A DNA stretch of 34,197 bases, taken from assembly GCA_035309885.1 (NCBI GenBank), contig DATGEV010000254.1, forward strand, positions 1 to 34,197, given 5' to 3'. Within the stretch, counting starts at the first letter, position 1. Every line of letters starts with the position of its first letter. This document shows, one piece after another, positions 1-9,398 of this stretch. A program made the translations under genes and the position numbers. A model generated the notes under the pieces. The model ran no database searches. It worked only from the letters and a program-made list of their open reading frames with translations, and was not told the origin of the DNA. This DNA comes from Sphingomonas sp. GTDB lineage: Bacteria > Pseudomonadota > Alphaproteobacteria > Sphingomonadales > Sphingomonadaceae.

Positions 1-841
1 CCAGCGCCGCCGCAATCCCGCGCCAGCACCAGGCCCGACTGAGGTTGAGCCCGTCGAGATGGGCGATCTTGCCATCGCTCCGGTCGGAGACATGCGCCGG
101 CGTAAAAAGCGGATCGGGGCACGCCGTCGCCGCGTCGGGCAGGAAGGCGTCGAACCAGCGCGTGAATTCCTGCCGCGCAAGCACACGGCTCATCAGCAAC
201 GCCTCGCACAGCGCGGGCGACAGGAAGTCGTCGCCGCTCGGTTCCCAAGCCTGGCACGCCCGGTCCGCCCCGAACCAGTGCAGCGCGCGTTTTCCGATCA
301 GCTCGGCGAGAGCCGGTCGGAAAACCCGCGCCCAGTCCAGCGCGAGGACCAGCGCAAAGGCGGTGTTGAAATGGGCGCCACTGCGAACAGCGTAGGTGAG
401 CTTGGGGAGGAAGGCCTGGAAGCGATCGGCGAAGGCCTTGGCAAGCGGCGCGAGCACCTCGCCCCAGCGCGTATCCGCTGCCTCACCGTGGAGCGCCATC
501 GCCCACGCCCAGCCATAGGGCCGCTCGAACGGAGCCGAGGCGGAGCGCGCCAGATAGGCCAGTTCCCCCGCCGTCTTCCCCGGCGTGAACATGGTATCGG
601 CCCGCTCGCGGATTGCCGCGCTCTCCGGCAGATCGGGATGGAGCCGCGCCAGGCGCAGCAGCTGCCACCAGCCATGCACGCAACTGTGCCAGTCATAGCT
701 GCCATAGAACACCGGATGCAGTTCGGACGGCGGCCGCACATCCTCGGGGCCCGTCATCACATGGTCGAGCTTGTTGGGATATTCGCGCCCGACATGACCA
801 AGCGTCAGACGAGCGAAGCGGGCGGCGGTCTCGGGGGTCAT
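1..841 (-). CDS. DUF2891 family protein (3' end runs off the window)
   Basis: Not in the ORF track because it has no stop in the window. Manual translation from ATG 841: MTPETAARFARLTLGHVGREYPNKLDHVMTGPEDVRPPSELHPVFYGSYDWHSCVHGWWQLLRL. The REYPNK and HPxFYGxxDWHSxVH motifs are typical of DUF2891. The RBS AGGAG overlaps the upstream TAG. Confidence 0.85.
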   Translation of the reverse strand, partial: MTPETAARFARLTLGHVGREYPNKLDHVMTGPEDVRPPSELHPVFYGSYDWHSCVHGWWQLLRLARLHPDLPESAAIRERADTMFTPGKTAGELAYLARSASAPFERPYGWAWAMALHGEAADTRWGEVLAPLAKAFADRFQAFLPKLTYAVRSGAHFNTAFALVLALDWARVFRPALAELIGKRALHWFGADRACQAWEPSGDDFLSPALCEALLMSRVLARQEFTRWFDAFLPDAATACPDPLFTPAHVSDRSDGKIAHLDGLNLSRAWCWRGIAAAL

Positions 842-848
842 GGGGCTC

Positions 849-1769
849 CTAAAAGGCGAACCAGATGATGAATGCGATGTTGACTGCCAGCAACGGCAAG
901 GCCGTCGCCACCTGCTGGCGGATCACGCCATAGCGGTCACGCAGGTCGAGCAGCACCGCCGGCACAATGTTGAAATTGGCCGCCATCGGGGTCAGCAGCG
1001 TCCCGCAAAAGCCACACAACATGCCGATCGCCGCCACCGCCGCCGGATCGCCGTGATGACCATGAATGAGCAGCGGCAGGCCGACCGCCGCCATCATCAC
1101 CGGGAAGGCGGCGAAGGCGTTGCCCATCACGATCGTGAACAATGCCATGCCCAGACCATAAGCGATCGTCGCGCCGATGAGGCTGCCATGGGGCACCAGC
1201 CTGCCAATCAGCCCGCCGACGACCGTGCCAACCCCCGACAGCGCGAACACCGCGCCGAGGCTCGCCAGCATCTGCGGCAGCACCGCCGCCCAGCCGACCG
1301 AGTCCATCAGCCGCAACCCCTCGCGGATCGGTGCCACCGCGCGCGGCCGCAGCCAGAGACAGGCGGCCGCCAACGCGAGCAGCACGCCCAAGGTCAGCGC
1401 CACCAGCGTCCCCTGTTTGGGATCGGCCAGAGCCGGCCAATGCTGGAAGGCGAGCGTGCCGACCAGCGCCGTCGCCGGGATCACCAGCACGGGTAGGAAC
1501 AGCCGGTTGCCACGCCTCGCCGCTTCGGCCGCGCGATCAATCTCCTCGCCCCCCACCGAACGACGCATCCGCCCCGACGCTGCAACCGCCACCAGTCCGA
1601 GCACGAGAAATCCATTGGCCAGATCACCCAGCCGGTTGCCGAACAGGAAGCTCAGCGCAAGCAGCCCCCAGAAGGCGGCGTTGGCGAGACGCCGGCCGGC
1701 GAGGCTCAGCGCGGCGTAGAACGCGAACAATGTGCCGGCGACCGTGTAGATGAAGGAGAGCCCGATCAC
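849..1769 (-). CDS. DUF979 family membrane protein (putative 5-oxoproline transporter subunit)
   Basis: Highly hydrophobic, with motifs GWAAVLPQMLASLG, FTIVMGNAFAAFPVM and GTLLTPMAANFNIVPA. The GTG start at 1769 overlaps the DUF969 stop (GTGA); the ORF-track start at 1847 is probably too far upstream. Confidence 0.88.
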   Translation of the reverse strand: MIGLSFIYTVAGTLFAFYAALSLAGRRLANAAFWGLLALSFLFGNRLGDLANGFLVLGLVAVAASGRMRRSVGGEEIDRAAEAARRGNRLFLPVLVIPATALVGTLAFQHWPALADPKQGTLVALTLGVLLALAAACLWLRPRAVAPIREGLRLMDSVGWAAVLPQMLASLGAVFALSGVGTVVGGLIGRLVPHGSLIGATIAYGLGMALFTIVMGNAFAAFPVMMAAVGLPLLIHGHHGDPAAVAAIGMLCGFCGTLLTPMAANFNIVPAVLLDLRDRYGVIRQQVATALPLLAVNIAFIIWFAF

Positions 1770-2422
1770 CGCGACAACCGTCGATCGAGCCACAGCAGCC
1801 GCGCGCCGTGGATCAGGAAAGCGGCGATCGCGCTCGGGATCGCCCACAGCGACAGGCTGAACGGCTGGAGGAGAATACCGAACTGTTCGAGCAGGCCCTT
1901 CATCAGCAGGATCGAGCCGATCGCAAGAAAGATATCCTCGCCGAAGAACAGGCCGACATTGTCGGTTGCCGCCGCCAGCGCCTTCACCCGCTCGCGTTGT
2001 CCCTCATCGAGCCCGCCCGCCTGCCGCTCGGCAAGCGCCTCCGCCATGGGGGCGACCAGCGGGCGGACCGTGTGCGCCGGCCCTGCGATCGAATTGAGGC
2101 CGATCGCGGCCGTGATCTGGCGGAACAGCAAATAGACGATCAGCAGTCGGCCGGCGGTCGCGCCGGCGAAGCCCGCGACCAGGGTACGCGCCCGCTCCTG
2201 CAGCCCATGGCGTTCGAGCAGGCCGATCACCGGCAACACGATCCAGATGATCGAGACGTAGCGGACGCTGTTGAAGGCCTTGCCGATCGCCGCAAGGATC
2301 GCCAGCGGGCTCAGCCCCGCCGCCCAGCCGGTCACGGCCGCCGCCACCGCGACCACCAGCAGCGGGTTGAGGCGGAGCAGGAAGCCCAGCACGATCACCC
2401 CGATGCCAGCAAGCACCAGCAT
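1766..2422 (-). CDS. DUF969 family membrane protein (putative 5-oxoproline transporter subunit)
   Basis: Motifs LPVIGLLERHGL, VRPLVAPMAE and TDNVGLFFGEDIF. TGATG overlap with the oxoprolinase stop. Confidence 0.88.
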   Translation of the reverse strand: MLVLAGIGVIVLGFLLRLNPLLVVAVAAAVTGWAAGLSPLAILAAIGKAFNSVRYVSIIWIVLPVIGLLERHGLQERARTLVAGFAGATAGRLLIVYLLFRQITAAIGLNSIAGPAHTVRPLVAPMAEALAERQAGGLDEGQRERVKALAAATDNVGLFFGEDIFLAIGSILLMKGLLEQFGILLQPFSLSLWAIPSAIAAFLIHGARLLWLDRRLSR

Positions 2423-5400
2423 CAGCGCGGCGCACCAAAGCCGCCGCCGCCGGGCGTCTCGATCACGAAGCGGTCACCAGGCTCGAGCTCGACCGCAGCG
2501 GTCGCAGGCAATTCCTCGATCCGTCCATCGGCGCGCTCGACATGGTTGCGGCCGACCTTGCCGGGCTCGCCACCTGCCATCCCGAACGGCGGCACCCGAC
2601 GTCGGTTGGCGAGGATCCCCGCCACCATCGGCTCGCGCGCGCGGATCACCCGGATCGCGCCATCGCCACCATGATGCGCGCCGTTGCCGCCCGAACCAAG
2701 ACGGATCGCGAAGCGCTCGACCAGAACCGGAAAGCGCGTCTCCAGCACTTCGGGATCGGTCAGGCGGCTGTTGGTCATGTGCGTCTGCACCGCTGACGTT
2801 CCGTCGAAGTCGGCCCCGGCGCCGGATCCGCCCGCGATTGTCTCGTAATATTGAACGCGCGCGTTGCCGAAGGTGAAGTTGTTCATCGTCCCCTGTGCCG
2901 CCGCCATCACGCCGAGTGCCCCGAAGATCGCGTCCGTCACGACCTGGCTCGTCTCGACATTGCCAGCGACGACGGCCGCCGGCGGACGCGGATCGAGCAT
3001 CGATCCTTCCGGCACGACGATGCGGATCGGCCGCAGGCAGCCGTCGTTCATCGGGATCGGCTCGTCGAGCAGCGTGCGGAAGGCGTAGAGCACGGCCGCG
3101 CGCGCGATCGACCGGGGCGCGTTGAAGTTGTTGTCGAGCTGGGCGCTGCTGCCGGTGAAGTCGACCGTCGCCGAGCGCGCCTCCCGGTCGATCGAGATCG
3201 CGACGCGCACGACCGCTCCATCGTCCATCTCGTAGGCGAAGCCCCCGTCCGAAAGCCGCCCGATCACCGCCCTGACCGCCGCCTCGGCATGCGCCTGGAC
3301 ATGCTCCATATAGGCCGCGACCACCTCGACCCCATAGTCGGCGGAGATCCGCTGCAACTCGGCCGCCCCACGCGCACAGGCAGCGACCTGCGCCTGGAGG
3401 TCGGCGATATTCTGATCCGGATTGCGCGCCGGCCATCGCCCCTCACCCAGCCGTGCGCGCAGCTCCGCCTCGCAGAACCGCCCTTCCTCCACGACGGTGA
3501 CGTCGCGCAGGATAATGCCCTCCTCCTCGATCCGCGTGCTGGTGGGCGGCATCGACCCGGGGCTCGTTCCGCCGATATCGGCATGGTGCCCGCGCGCGGC
3601 GACGAAGAAGGCGGGCCCGTCCCCGCGCCCCTCGACGAACACGGGCATCACGACGGTGATGTCGGGCAGGTGCGTGCCGCCGCCGAACGGATCGTTGAGC
3701 GCATAGGCGTCGCCGGGCCGCATCCGCCCGCCCCGGCTGGCGATGATGGTGCGGATGCTCTCGCCCATCGAGCCCAGATGCACCGGCATGTGCGGCGCGT
3801 TGGCGATGAGTTGTCCTTCCGCGTCGAAGATCGCGCAGGAGAAATCGAGCCGTTCGCGAATGTTGACCGAGGCGGCCGAGTGCTGCAGCGCCGCCCCCAT
3901 CTCTTCGGCGATCGCCATGAACAGCGCCGAGAAGATCTCCAGCCGCACCGGATCGACAGCCGTACCGCCTCCCATAGCGGCGGTACGCGACGCGGTACGC
4001 GCGAGGATCAGGTTACCGAGCGCATCGACGCGGATGCTCCAGCCCGGCTCGACCACCGTGGTCGAGACGGCATCGATCACCAGAGCGGGCCCCTGCACCG
4101 ACCAGTCGATCGGCAGATCGGCGCGATCATAGAGTGGCACAAGACAAGCTTCGCCTGCCAGGAAGGCCTCGACTTCGGCTCTGGCTGTTACCGGCCCGGC
4201 GGCGATGGACGACGCAGATGCCCCCGCCTCCTCGCCCGATCGGGCGACCGCCTCCACCTGAAGCATGTCGCAAAGCAGTTCGCCTCTGCCCGCGAAGCCG
4301 AAACGGGCCCGGTGTCCATCCTCGAAAGCGGCACGCATCGCATCGGCGTCGCCCAGCGGCACCTCGATCAGACTGTCGGTCCCGACGAGGCGAAGCTGGG
4401 CGCGGTGAACCGTCTCGATCAGCGCGTCGCCGATATGCTGTGCCGCCAGCGCCTCACGCGCCGACCGCTCCAGCGCGTCTGCCGCCTCGCGGATCGCCGT
4501 CCTGTCGCCGATCGGCAGCGCGATCGTTCGCTCGCGCAGAACTGACCGATCGGCCAGACCCATGCCATAAGCAGAAAGAACGCCTGCATGCGGATGGATC
4601 ATCACCCGCTCCATCCCCAGCGCATCGGCGACGAGGCAGGCATGCTGGCCACCAGCGCCTCCGAAACAGGCGAGCGTGTAGCGGGTGACGTCGTGACCCC
4701 GCGCCACCGAGATGCGCTTGATGGCATGCGCCATATTGGCCACCGCAATGGCAACCATCCCTTCGGCGATCTCCCGTTGGTCGGGCCTTGCCCCGGTTGC
4801 CGCCTCGACCTGATCGGCGATCTGTGCGAAACGCTGCGCGACGATCTCGGCGTCGAGTGGCTGGTCGCCGCGGGGACCGAAGAGCGCCGGAAAGAAGCGC
4901 GGTTGCAGCTTGCCCAGCATCACGTTGCAGTCGGTGACCGTCAGCGGCCCGCCACGCCGATAACAGGCGGGCCCAGGCACTGCACCCGCCGAATCCGGGC
5001 CCACCCGATAGCGCCCCGCCTCGAAGCGACAGATCGAACCACCACCCGCTGCGACCGTATGGATCCGCAGCATCGGCACACGTAGCCGCGCTCCCGCGAT
5101 CATCGTCTCGGTGTCGCGCTCATACTCGCCGGCAAAATGCGAGACGTCGGTCGAGGTGCCGCCCATGTCGAAGCCGATCACCCGGTCGAAGCCCGCCGCC
5201 TGCGCAGTCCGCGCCATGCCGACAATGCCGCCCGCGGGCCCGGAGAGGATCGCGTCCTTGCCGGCGAGTTGCACGCCTTCGATCAGGCCACCGCTCGACT
5301 GCATGAACAGCGGCGCCTGCCCTTCCCCCAATGCCGCCGAGAAATCGTGGACATAGCGGCCAATGACCGGCGAAAGATAAGCATCCGCCACCGTCGTGTC

Positions 5401-6000
5401 GCCGCGCCCGACCAGCTTGATCAGCGGCCCGACCTCGTGACTGACCGAAACTTGAGTGAAGCCGATCTCGCGGGCGATTGCCGCGAGCGCCGCCTCATGC
5501 GCGCTTTGGCGGTAGCCGTGCAGCAACACGATCGCGATCGCCCGAAGCCCGCGATCAAAGGCAGCCACCAGATTGTCGCGCGCACCCACTTCGTCGAGCG
5601 GCACCAGCACCTGCCCCTCGGCGGTGACGCGCTCGTCGATCTCGACAACCTCGGCGTAGAGCGGCAGCGGCCGCTCGATGCGACGAGCGAAGATGTCGGG
5701 ACGCTCCTGATAACCGATCGCCAGCGCGTCGCCGAAACCCCGCGTGATCGCGAGCAGGACGGGCTCGCCCTTGCGCTCGAGCAGCGCGTTGGTGGCCACG
5801 GTGGTGCCGATCCGGACGGAGAGCGGCGGTAATTCGTCGGCACCCGCACCAACCAAACGCCGGATACCTTCCACCGCCGCATCGTCGTAGCGACCGGGAT
5901 CCTCGGACAACAGCTTCGCCGTGTGGATTGCACCATCGGGCGACCGGGCAACGAGATCGGTGAACGTGCCGCCGCGATCGATCCAGAATTGCCAGTCCAT
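2422..6000 (-). CDS. oplA: ATP-dependent 5-oxoprolinase, fused hydantoinase A/B type
   Basis: Motifs [65 protein letters not shown] and ETPGGGGFG. Start is ATG 6000; ATG 6030 is an alternative. Confidence 0.9.
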   Translation of the reverse strand: MDWQFWIDRGGTFTDLVARSPDGAIHTAKLLSEDPGRYDDAAVEGIRRLVGAGADELPPLSVRIGTTVATNALLERKGEPVLLAITRGFGDALAIGYQERPDIFARRIERPLPLYAEVVEIDERVTAEGQVLVPLDEVGARDNLVAAFDRGLRAIAIVLLHGYRQSAHEAALAAIAREIGFTQVSVSHEVGPLIKLVGRGDTTVADAYLSPVIGRYVHDFSAALGEGQAPLFMQSSGGLIEGVQLAGKDAILSGPAGGIVGMARTAQAAGFDRVIGFDMGGTSTDVSHFAGEYERDTETMIAGARLRVPMLRIHTVAAGGGSICRFEAGRYRVGPDSAGAVPGPACYRRGGPLTVTDCNVMLGKLQPRFFPALFGPRGDQPLDAEIVAQRFAQIADQVEAATGARPDQREIAEGMVAIAVANMAHAIKRISVARGHDVTRYTLACFGGAGGQHACLVADALGMERVMIHPHAGVLSAYGMGLADRSVLRERTIALPIGDRTAIREAADALERSAREALAAQHIGDALIETVHRAQLRLVGTDSLIEVPLGDADAMRAAFEDGHRARFGFAGRGELLCDMLQVEAVARSGEEAGASASSIAAGPVTARAEVEAFLAGEACLVPLYDRADLPIDWSVQGPALVIDAVSTTVVEPGWSIRVDALGNLILARTASRTAAMGGGTAVDPVRLEIFSALFMAIAEEMGAALQHSAASVNIRERLDFSCAIFDAEGQLIANAPHMPVHLGSMGESIRTIIASRGGRMRPGDAYALNDPFGGGTHLPDITVVMPVFVEGRGDGPAFFVAARGHHADIGGTSPGSMPPTSTRIEEEGIILRDVTVVEEGRFCEAELRARLGEGRWPARNPDQNIADLQAQVAACARGAAELQRISADYGVEVVAAYMEHVQAHAEAAVRAVIGRLSDGGFAYEMDDGAVVRVAISIDREARSATVDFTGSSAQLDNNFNAPRSIARAAVLYAFRTLLDEPIPMNDGCLRPIRIVVPEGSMLDPRPPAAVVAGNVETSQVVTDAIFGALGVMAAAQGTMNNFTFGNARVQYYETIAGGSGAGADFDGTSAVQTHMTNSRLTDPEVLETRFPVLVERFAIRLGSGGNGAHHGGDGAIRVIRAREPMVAGILANRRRVPPFGMAGGEPGKVGRNHVERADGRIEELPATAAVELEPGDRFVIETPGGGGFGAPR

Positions 6001-6066
6001 TTGCCCAGTCTTGCCGTCCAGCGAGCGCATCCGTCAATCGCTTCCGCCTTGCGGGATTAGCAATCC

Positions 6067-6096
6067 TTGCGACCCGCGCTCACCATCGTTATAACG
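6067..6096 (+). promoter_or_regulatory. sigma70 promoter of the TA operon with an overlapping palindromic operator
   Basis: TTGCGA (6067-6072), 17-bp spacer, TATAAC (6090-6095). The perfect palindrome CGTTATAACG (6087-6096) covers the -10. Confidence 0.65.
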
Positions 6097-6101
6097 TCAG
6101 T

Positions 6102-6329
6102 ATGAACACGTCGCTCAAGATCACGAAGATCGGGAACTCCGCAGGAGTTATCCTGCCCAAGGAGGTGCTGGCACATCTCCACGTTGGAATCGGCGAGACG
6201 CTTTCGATTGTCGTGACACCGCGCGGGATCGAACTGAGTGCGGCCGAGCCCGATTTCGACGCGCAAATGGCGGCCGCACGCGAGGTGATGGCACGACGCA
6301 AGCGGGCGTTGCGCGAACTCGCCAAATAG
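6102..6329 (+). CDS. AbrB/MazE/SpoVT-family antitoxin
   Basis: LKITKIGNSAGVILPKEVL swapped-hairpin signature, 75 aa, ending 2 nt before the Doc gene. Confidence 0.9.
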   Translation: MNTSLKITKIGNSAGVILPKEVLAHLHVGIGETLSIVVTPRGIELSAAEPDFDAQMAAAREVMARRKRALRELAK

Positions 6330-6331
6330 CC

Positions 6332-6721
6332 GTGGCACAAGGTTGGATTTGGGTCACCGTTGAGGTGGCCAAGGCAATCCATGCCGAGCAACTCGCCGAG
6401 CATGGTGGGGGAGAGGGTGTCCGCGATGAGGCCTTGCTCGAAAGCGCCCTGATGCGACCACATAGGCTCGCAGGCTACGGCACGCCGGACGTGGCAGCGC
6501 TGGCCGCGGCTTATACCTATGGCATCGCGCGCAATCCCCCCTTCGTCGATGGCAACAAGCGGACGTCAGCGGTTGTCAGCGAAGCCTTTCTGACATTGAA
6601 CGGCCATCGCCTCACCGCCACGGACGCTGAACTGGTGGTGGCCTTCGTCGCGCTCGCAGCAGGCGAGTTATCAGAGGAAGAGCTCGCTGATTGGTTTCGA
6701 ACGCATTTGGCGATGGAATAG
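6332..6721 (+). CDS. doc: Death-on-curing (Doc/Fic) family toxin with catalytic His replaced by Pro
   Basis: Motifs GGGEGVRDEALLESAL and N-P-PFVDGNKRT (canonical N-H-PFxDGNKR). Confidence 0.88.
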   Translation: MAQGWIWVTVEVAKAIHAEQLAEHGGGEGVRDEALLESALMRPHRLAGYGTPDVAALAAAYTYGIARNPPFVDGNKRTSAVVSEAFLTLNGHRLTATDAELVVAFVALAAGELSEEELADWFRTHLAME

Positions 6722-6926
6722 GCGACGGGGATGCATCAGCAGCAGACCGCCCGCAGTAGCCGTCAATCGGACATGGCCCGAATGGGCGGCGACCATGTTC
6801 TGCACATCGTCGCGGGCGCGATCGAGGGCGATCATGCGCCTCCCTTCCCGGCCAATCCAATTCGCCGATTGGCGAGCCCGGCCGGGGCGCTTATCAGGTT
6901 TGTCTCAAAAGGAGCCTGACGAGCCA

Positions 6927-7682
6927 ATGCTCGGTTTTCTCGGCAGAAGCTGGAGTCCTGAACTCCCCGAGGGATGCCGCGTCTATGCGATCGGCGACGT
7001 CCACGGCCGGCTGGACCTGTTCAGGCAGATGCTGGATCTTATCCGCCAAGACGATGCCGCCCGCCCGCCCGCCCACACGCAGGTCATCCAGCTCGGCGAC
7101 CTGATCGATCGCGGCCCCGACTCCGCCGGCACCGTAGCGTTGGCCATGCAGCAACCCGACTTTGCCAGCCTGGTCACGCTGCATGGCAATCATGAAGCGA
7201 TGATGCTCAATGCCCTTGCCGGCGATCACGACGCGCTGAAGGGTTGGCTGCGTTTCGGCGGCCGGGAATCGCTGATGAGCTGGGGCGTCCCTGCCGATGT
7301 CCTCAACCAGCCAAGCGCGGATGCGATCATCGATGAGGCGCGGGCCGTCATCCCCGAAACCCACGTCGAATGGCTCGCCAGCCGTCCGCGTGCGCTCCAC
7401 CTTGGCGACTATTATTTCGTCCACGCCGGAATACGGCCGCGCAGATCGCTCGAAAAACAGACCGACGAGGATCGGTTGTGGATCCGCGAGCCCTTCCTCT
7501 CAAGTAGCGCGCGGCACTTCGCGATGATCGTCCACGGCCATTCGATCACGCTGGAGGTCGAGCGAATGCCCAACCGGATCGGTATCGACACCGGCGCCTA
7601 TGCAACCGGCCGGCTCACCGCGCTTGGCCTCGACGGCCTGCACCAGTGGATCATCCAGACGACCGAGGCTCCACCCTTATAA
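6927..7682 (+). CDS. Calcineurin-like metallophosphoesterase (PrpA/PPP-type Ser/Thr phosphatase family)
   Basis: Motifs GDVHG, GDLIDRG, GNHE, VHAG, VHGH and IDTG. ATG 6927 is preceded by AAAGGAG. Confidence 0.88.
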   Translation: MLGFLGRSWSPELPEGCRVYAIGDVHGRLDLFRQMLDLIRQDDAARPPAHTQVIQLGDLIDRGPDSAGTVALAMQQPDFASLVTLHGNHEAMMLNALAGDHDALKGWLRFGGRESLMSWGVPADVLNQPSADAIIDEARAVIPETHVEWLASRPRALHLGDYYFVHAGIRPRRSLEKQTDEDRLWIREPFLSSSARHFAMIVHGHSITLEVERMPNRIGIDTGAYATGRLTALGLDGLHQWIIQTTEAPPL

Positions 7683-7741
7683 TAACGTCAGGCCCCTGAT
7701 CCCATTCGCCAGCACGACTATCGCGGTCGCCTCGGGATCAA

Positions 7742-9124
7742 TTAGTCCGGCTGGAATCGGACCATGCGCTGATCCGGATCGGCGGCCACCAGCCGGACAC
7801 CGAGTTTTTCGCCGGGCGTGAGCCCATTGGCCTGGATACGGGCGACGACGGGTAGCTCGCACAATTGCATGCGCGCGCCGCGATCATCGACATCGGTCAC
7901 CACCGCCTGGAAATCCTGCCCTTCCCGCCCGGTCAGCATCACCGCCTCGGCAAGATCGATCGCGGCGCGATCGATCTGTCCGTCCCGCGCCTCCGCGCGC
8001 GCCATGACCTGGGGCAGCCTGGCGAACGCCTCGTTCACCACCTCGGGAACCGCTTCGCCATTGGCGATCGCGAGCGTGGCGCGCACGACGTAGCGATCGG
8101 CCAGACGACGCAGTGGTGCGGTCCCATGGGCATAGGTAGCGCCCATCGCGGCATGCCACGGTACCACGCCTTCGCGGTACGGCGTATAGGACGCGCCCTT
8201 GCCGGCGCGGCGGATCGCCAGCATGAATGCAGCCTGTTTGGGATCGCCCGCGTCGAGCGTCCGCTCGAACTGCGCAAGGGGCTCCGCCTCGGGCCAGACG
8301 AGACCCAAAGCCCTTGCCGTATGACGGAGCCGCGCAACCGCTCGCTCATCAGGCTCGGCCATGACACGGAACAGGCCGGTACGATGCGCCTGTAGCGCGT
8401 CGGCAATCGCCATGTTGGTGGCCAGAGACAGCGCCGCATTGCGATCTTCGGACGGCAACCGGGGCCGGAACGACAAGGCATAGCCATCGCCGCCGACCGC
8501 GACGACCTCCTGTTCGGGCGGATCGACACGCGTGGCGCCCCGCCGGTCCTCGGCCATCTGAACGCGACTTGCCAGCTCGACGAAGCCTGCCGGAAGGTCG
8601 GCATCGCGCACGCGGTCATAGGCAAGCTTGGCGGTGCTGCGAACGATGGCCCGCTCGGCGCCATCGAGACGCACGGCGCCATCGGGCGCGACGCTGATCG
8701 TGAAGACAACAGCAGGACGCGGGCCATCGGGCAAAAGACTCGCGGCGCCCTCGCTCAGCACCGGCGGGTAAAGCCCCGCCTTGCCGTCGGGCAGGTATCG
8801 CGTCGTGCCGCGGCGCCACGCCTCGAGGTCTATTGCGTCGCCATCGTCCACAAACCAGGCGACGTCGGCAATCGCGTAATGGAGCAGCAGATCGGCGCCG
8901 CTCGTCTCGATGGCGAAGGCCTGGTCGAGATCGGTCGAGCTTGCGGGGTCCAGCGTGACGAAGCGCCATCCCGTACGATCGGCATGCCGGGTCGGCTGGC
9001 GCCGAGCCGCGAGATCTGCCGCCGCGAGCACCTCGACGGGGAAGCTGCCGGGCACCTGAAATTCAGTGCGGATCGCCGCCAGCCCCCGAGCAAGTGCGTG
9101 CGTCGGATCAACCAGTGCCTTCAT
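7742..9124 (-). CDS. RNB-domain ribonuclease (compact RNase II/R family)
   Basis: TLDPASSTDLDQA acidic motif, AIADV and YAHGTAPLRRLADR. 460 aa with no N-terminal cold-shock domains. Confidence 0.88.
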   Translation of the reverse strand: MKALVDPTHALARGLAAIRTEFQVPGSFPVEVLAAADLAARRQPTRHADRTGWRFVTLDPASSTDLDQAFAIETSGADLLLHYAIADVAWFVDDGDAIDLEAWRRGTTRYLPDGKAGLYPPVLSEGAASLLPDGPRPAVVFTISVAPDGAVRLDGAERAIVRSTAKLAYDRVRDADLPAGFVELASRVQMAEDRRGATRVDPPEQEVVAVGGDGYALSFRPRLPSEDRNAALSLATNMAIADALQAHRTGLFRVMAEPDERAVARLRHTARALGLVWPEAEPLAQFERTLDAGDPKQAAFMLAIRRAGKGASYTPYREGVVPWHAAMGATYAHGTAPLRRLADRYVVRATLAIANGEAVPEVVNEAFARLPQVMARAEARDGQIDRAAIDLAEAVMLTGREGQDFQAVVTDVDDRGARMQLCELPVVARIQANGLTPGEKLGVRLVAADPDQRMVRFQPD

Positions 9125-9398
9125 CGCCCATCATCTCCGAACATCCGACACCGGACAGCTACAGCGTCTGGCTACGGCCGTGGCGATTACTACGAGGTCC
9201 GAGATGGGGCCAGTTTGCTCTCTGGGCGAACGGATCACGGCTTCGGGCAGGCCGGAAACGGGAACACCCGAATTGCCGGCCTGACCATTGGCGCGAATCG
9301 TCTTTCGCCGGGTGTTTGAAGGCCAAGCTGAACGCCATCAAACGCGCGCATTCAGCGATGCGCCAGCAACGAGCGCGCATGCGGTAGAACCTTCTTTT

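Noticed and set aside
59-868. 269-aa plus-strand ORF
   Set aside because: It is antisense to the DUF2891 gene, which has the family motifs and the operon context.
9248-9290. Hairpin CAGGCCGG..CGGG-aaca-CCCG..CCGGCCTG containing CGGGAAC
   Set aside because: There is no GCATCCAA box at the right spacing, so it is not a third ECF promoter. There is no U-tract and no recognisable RNA family.
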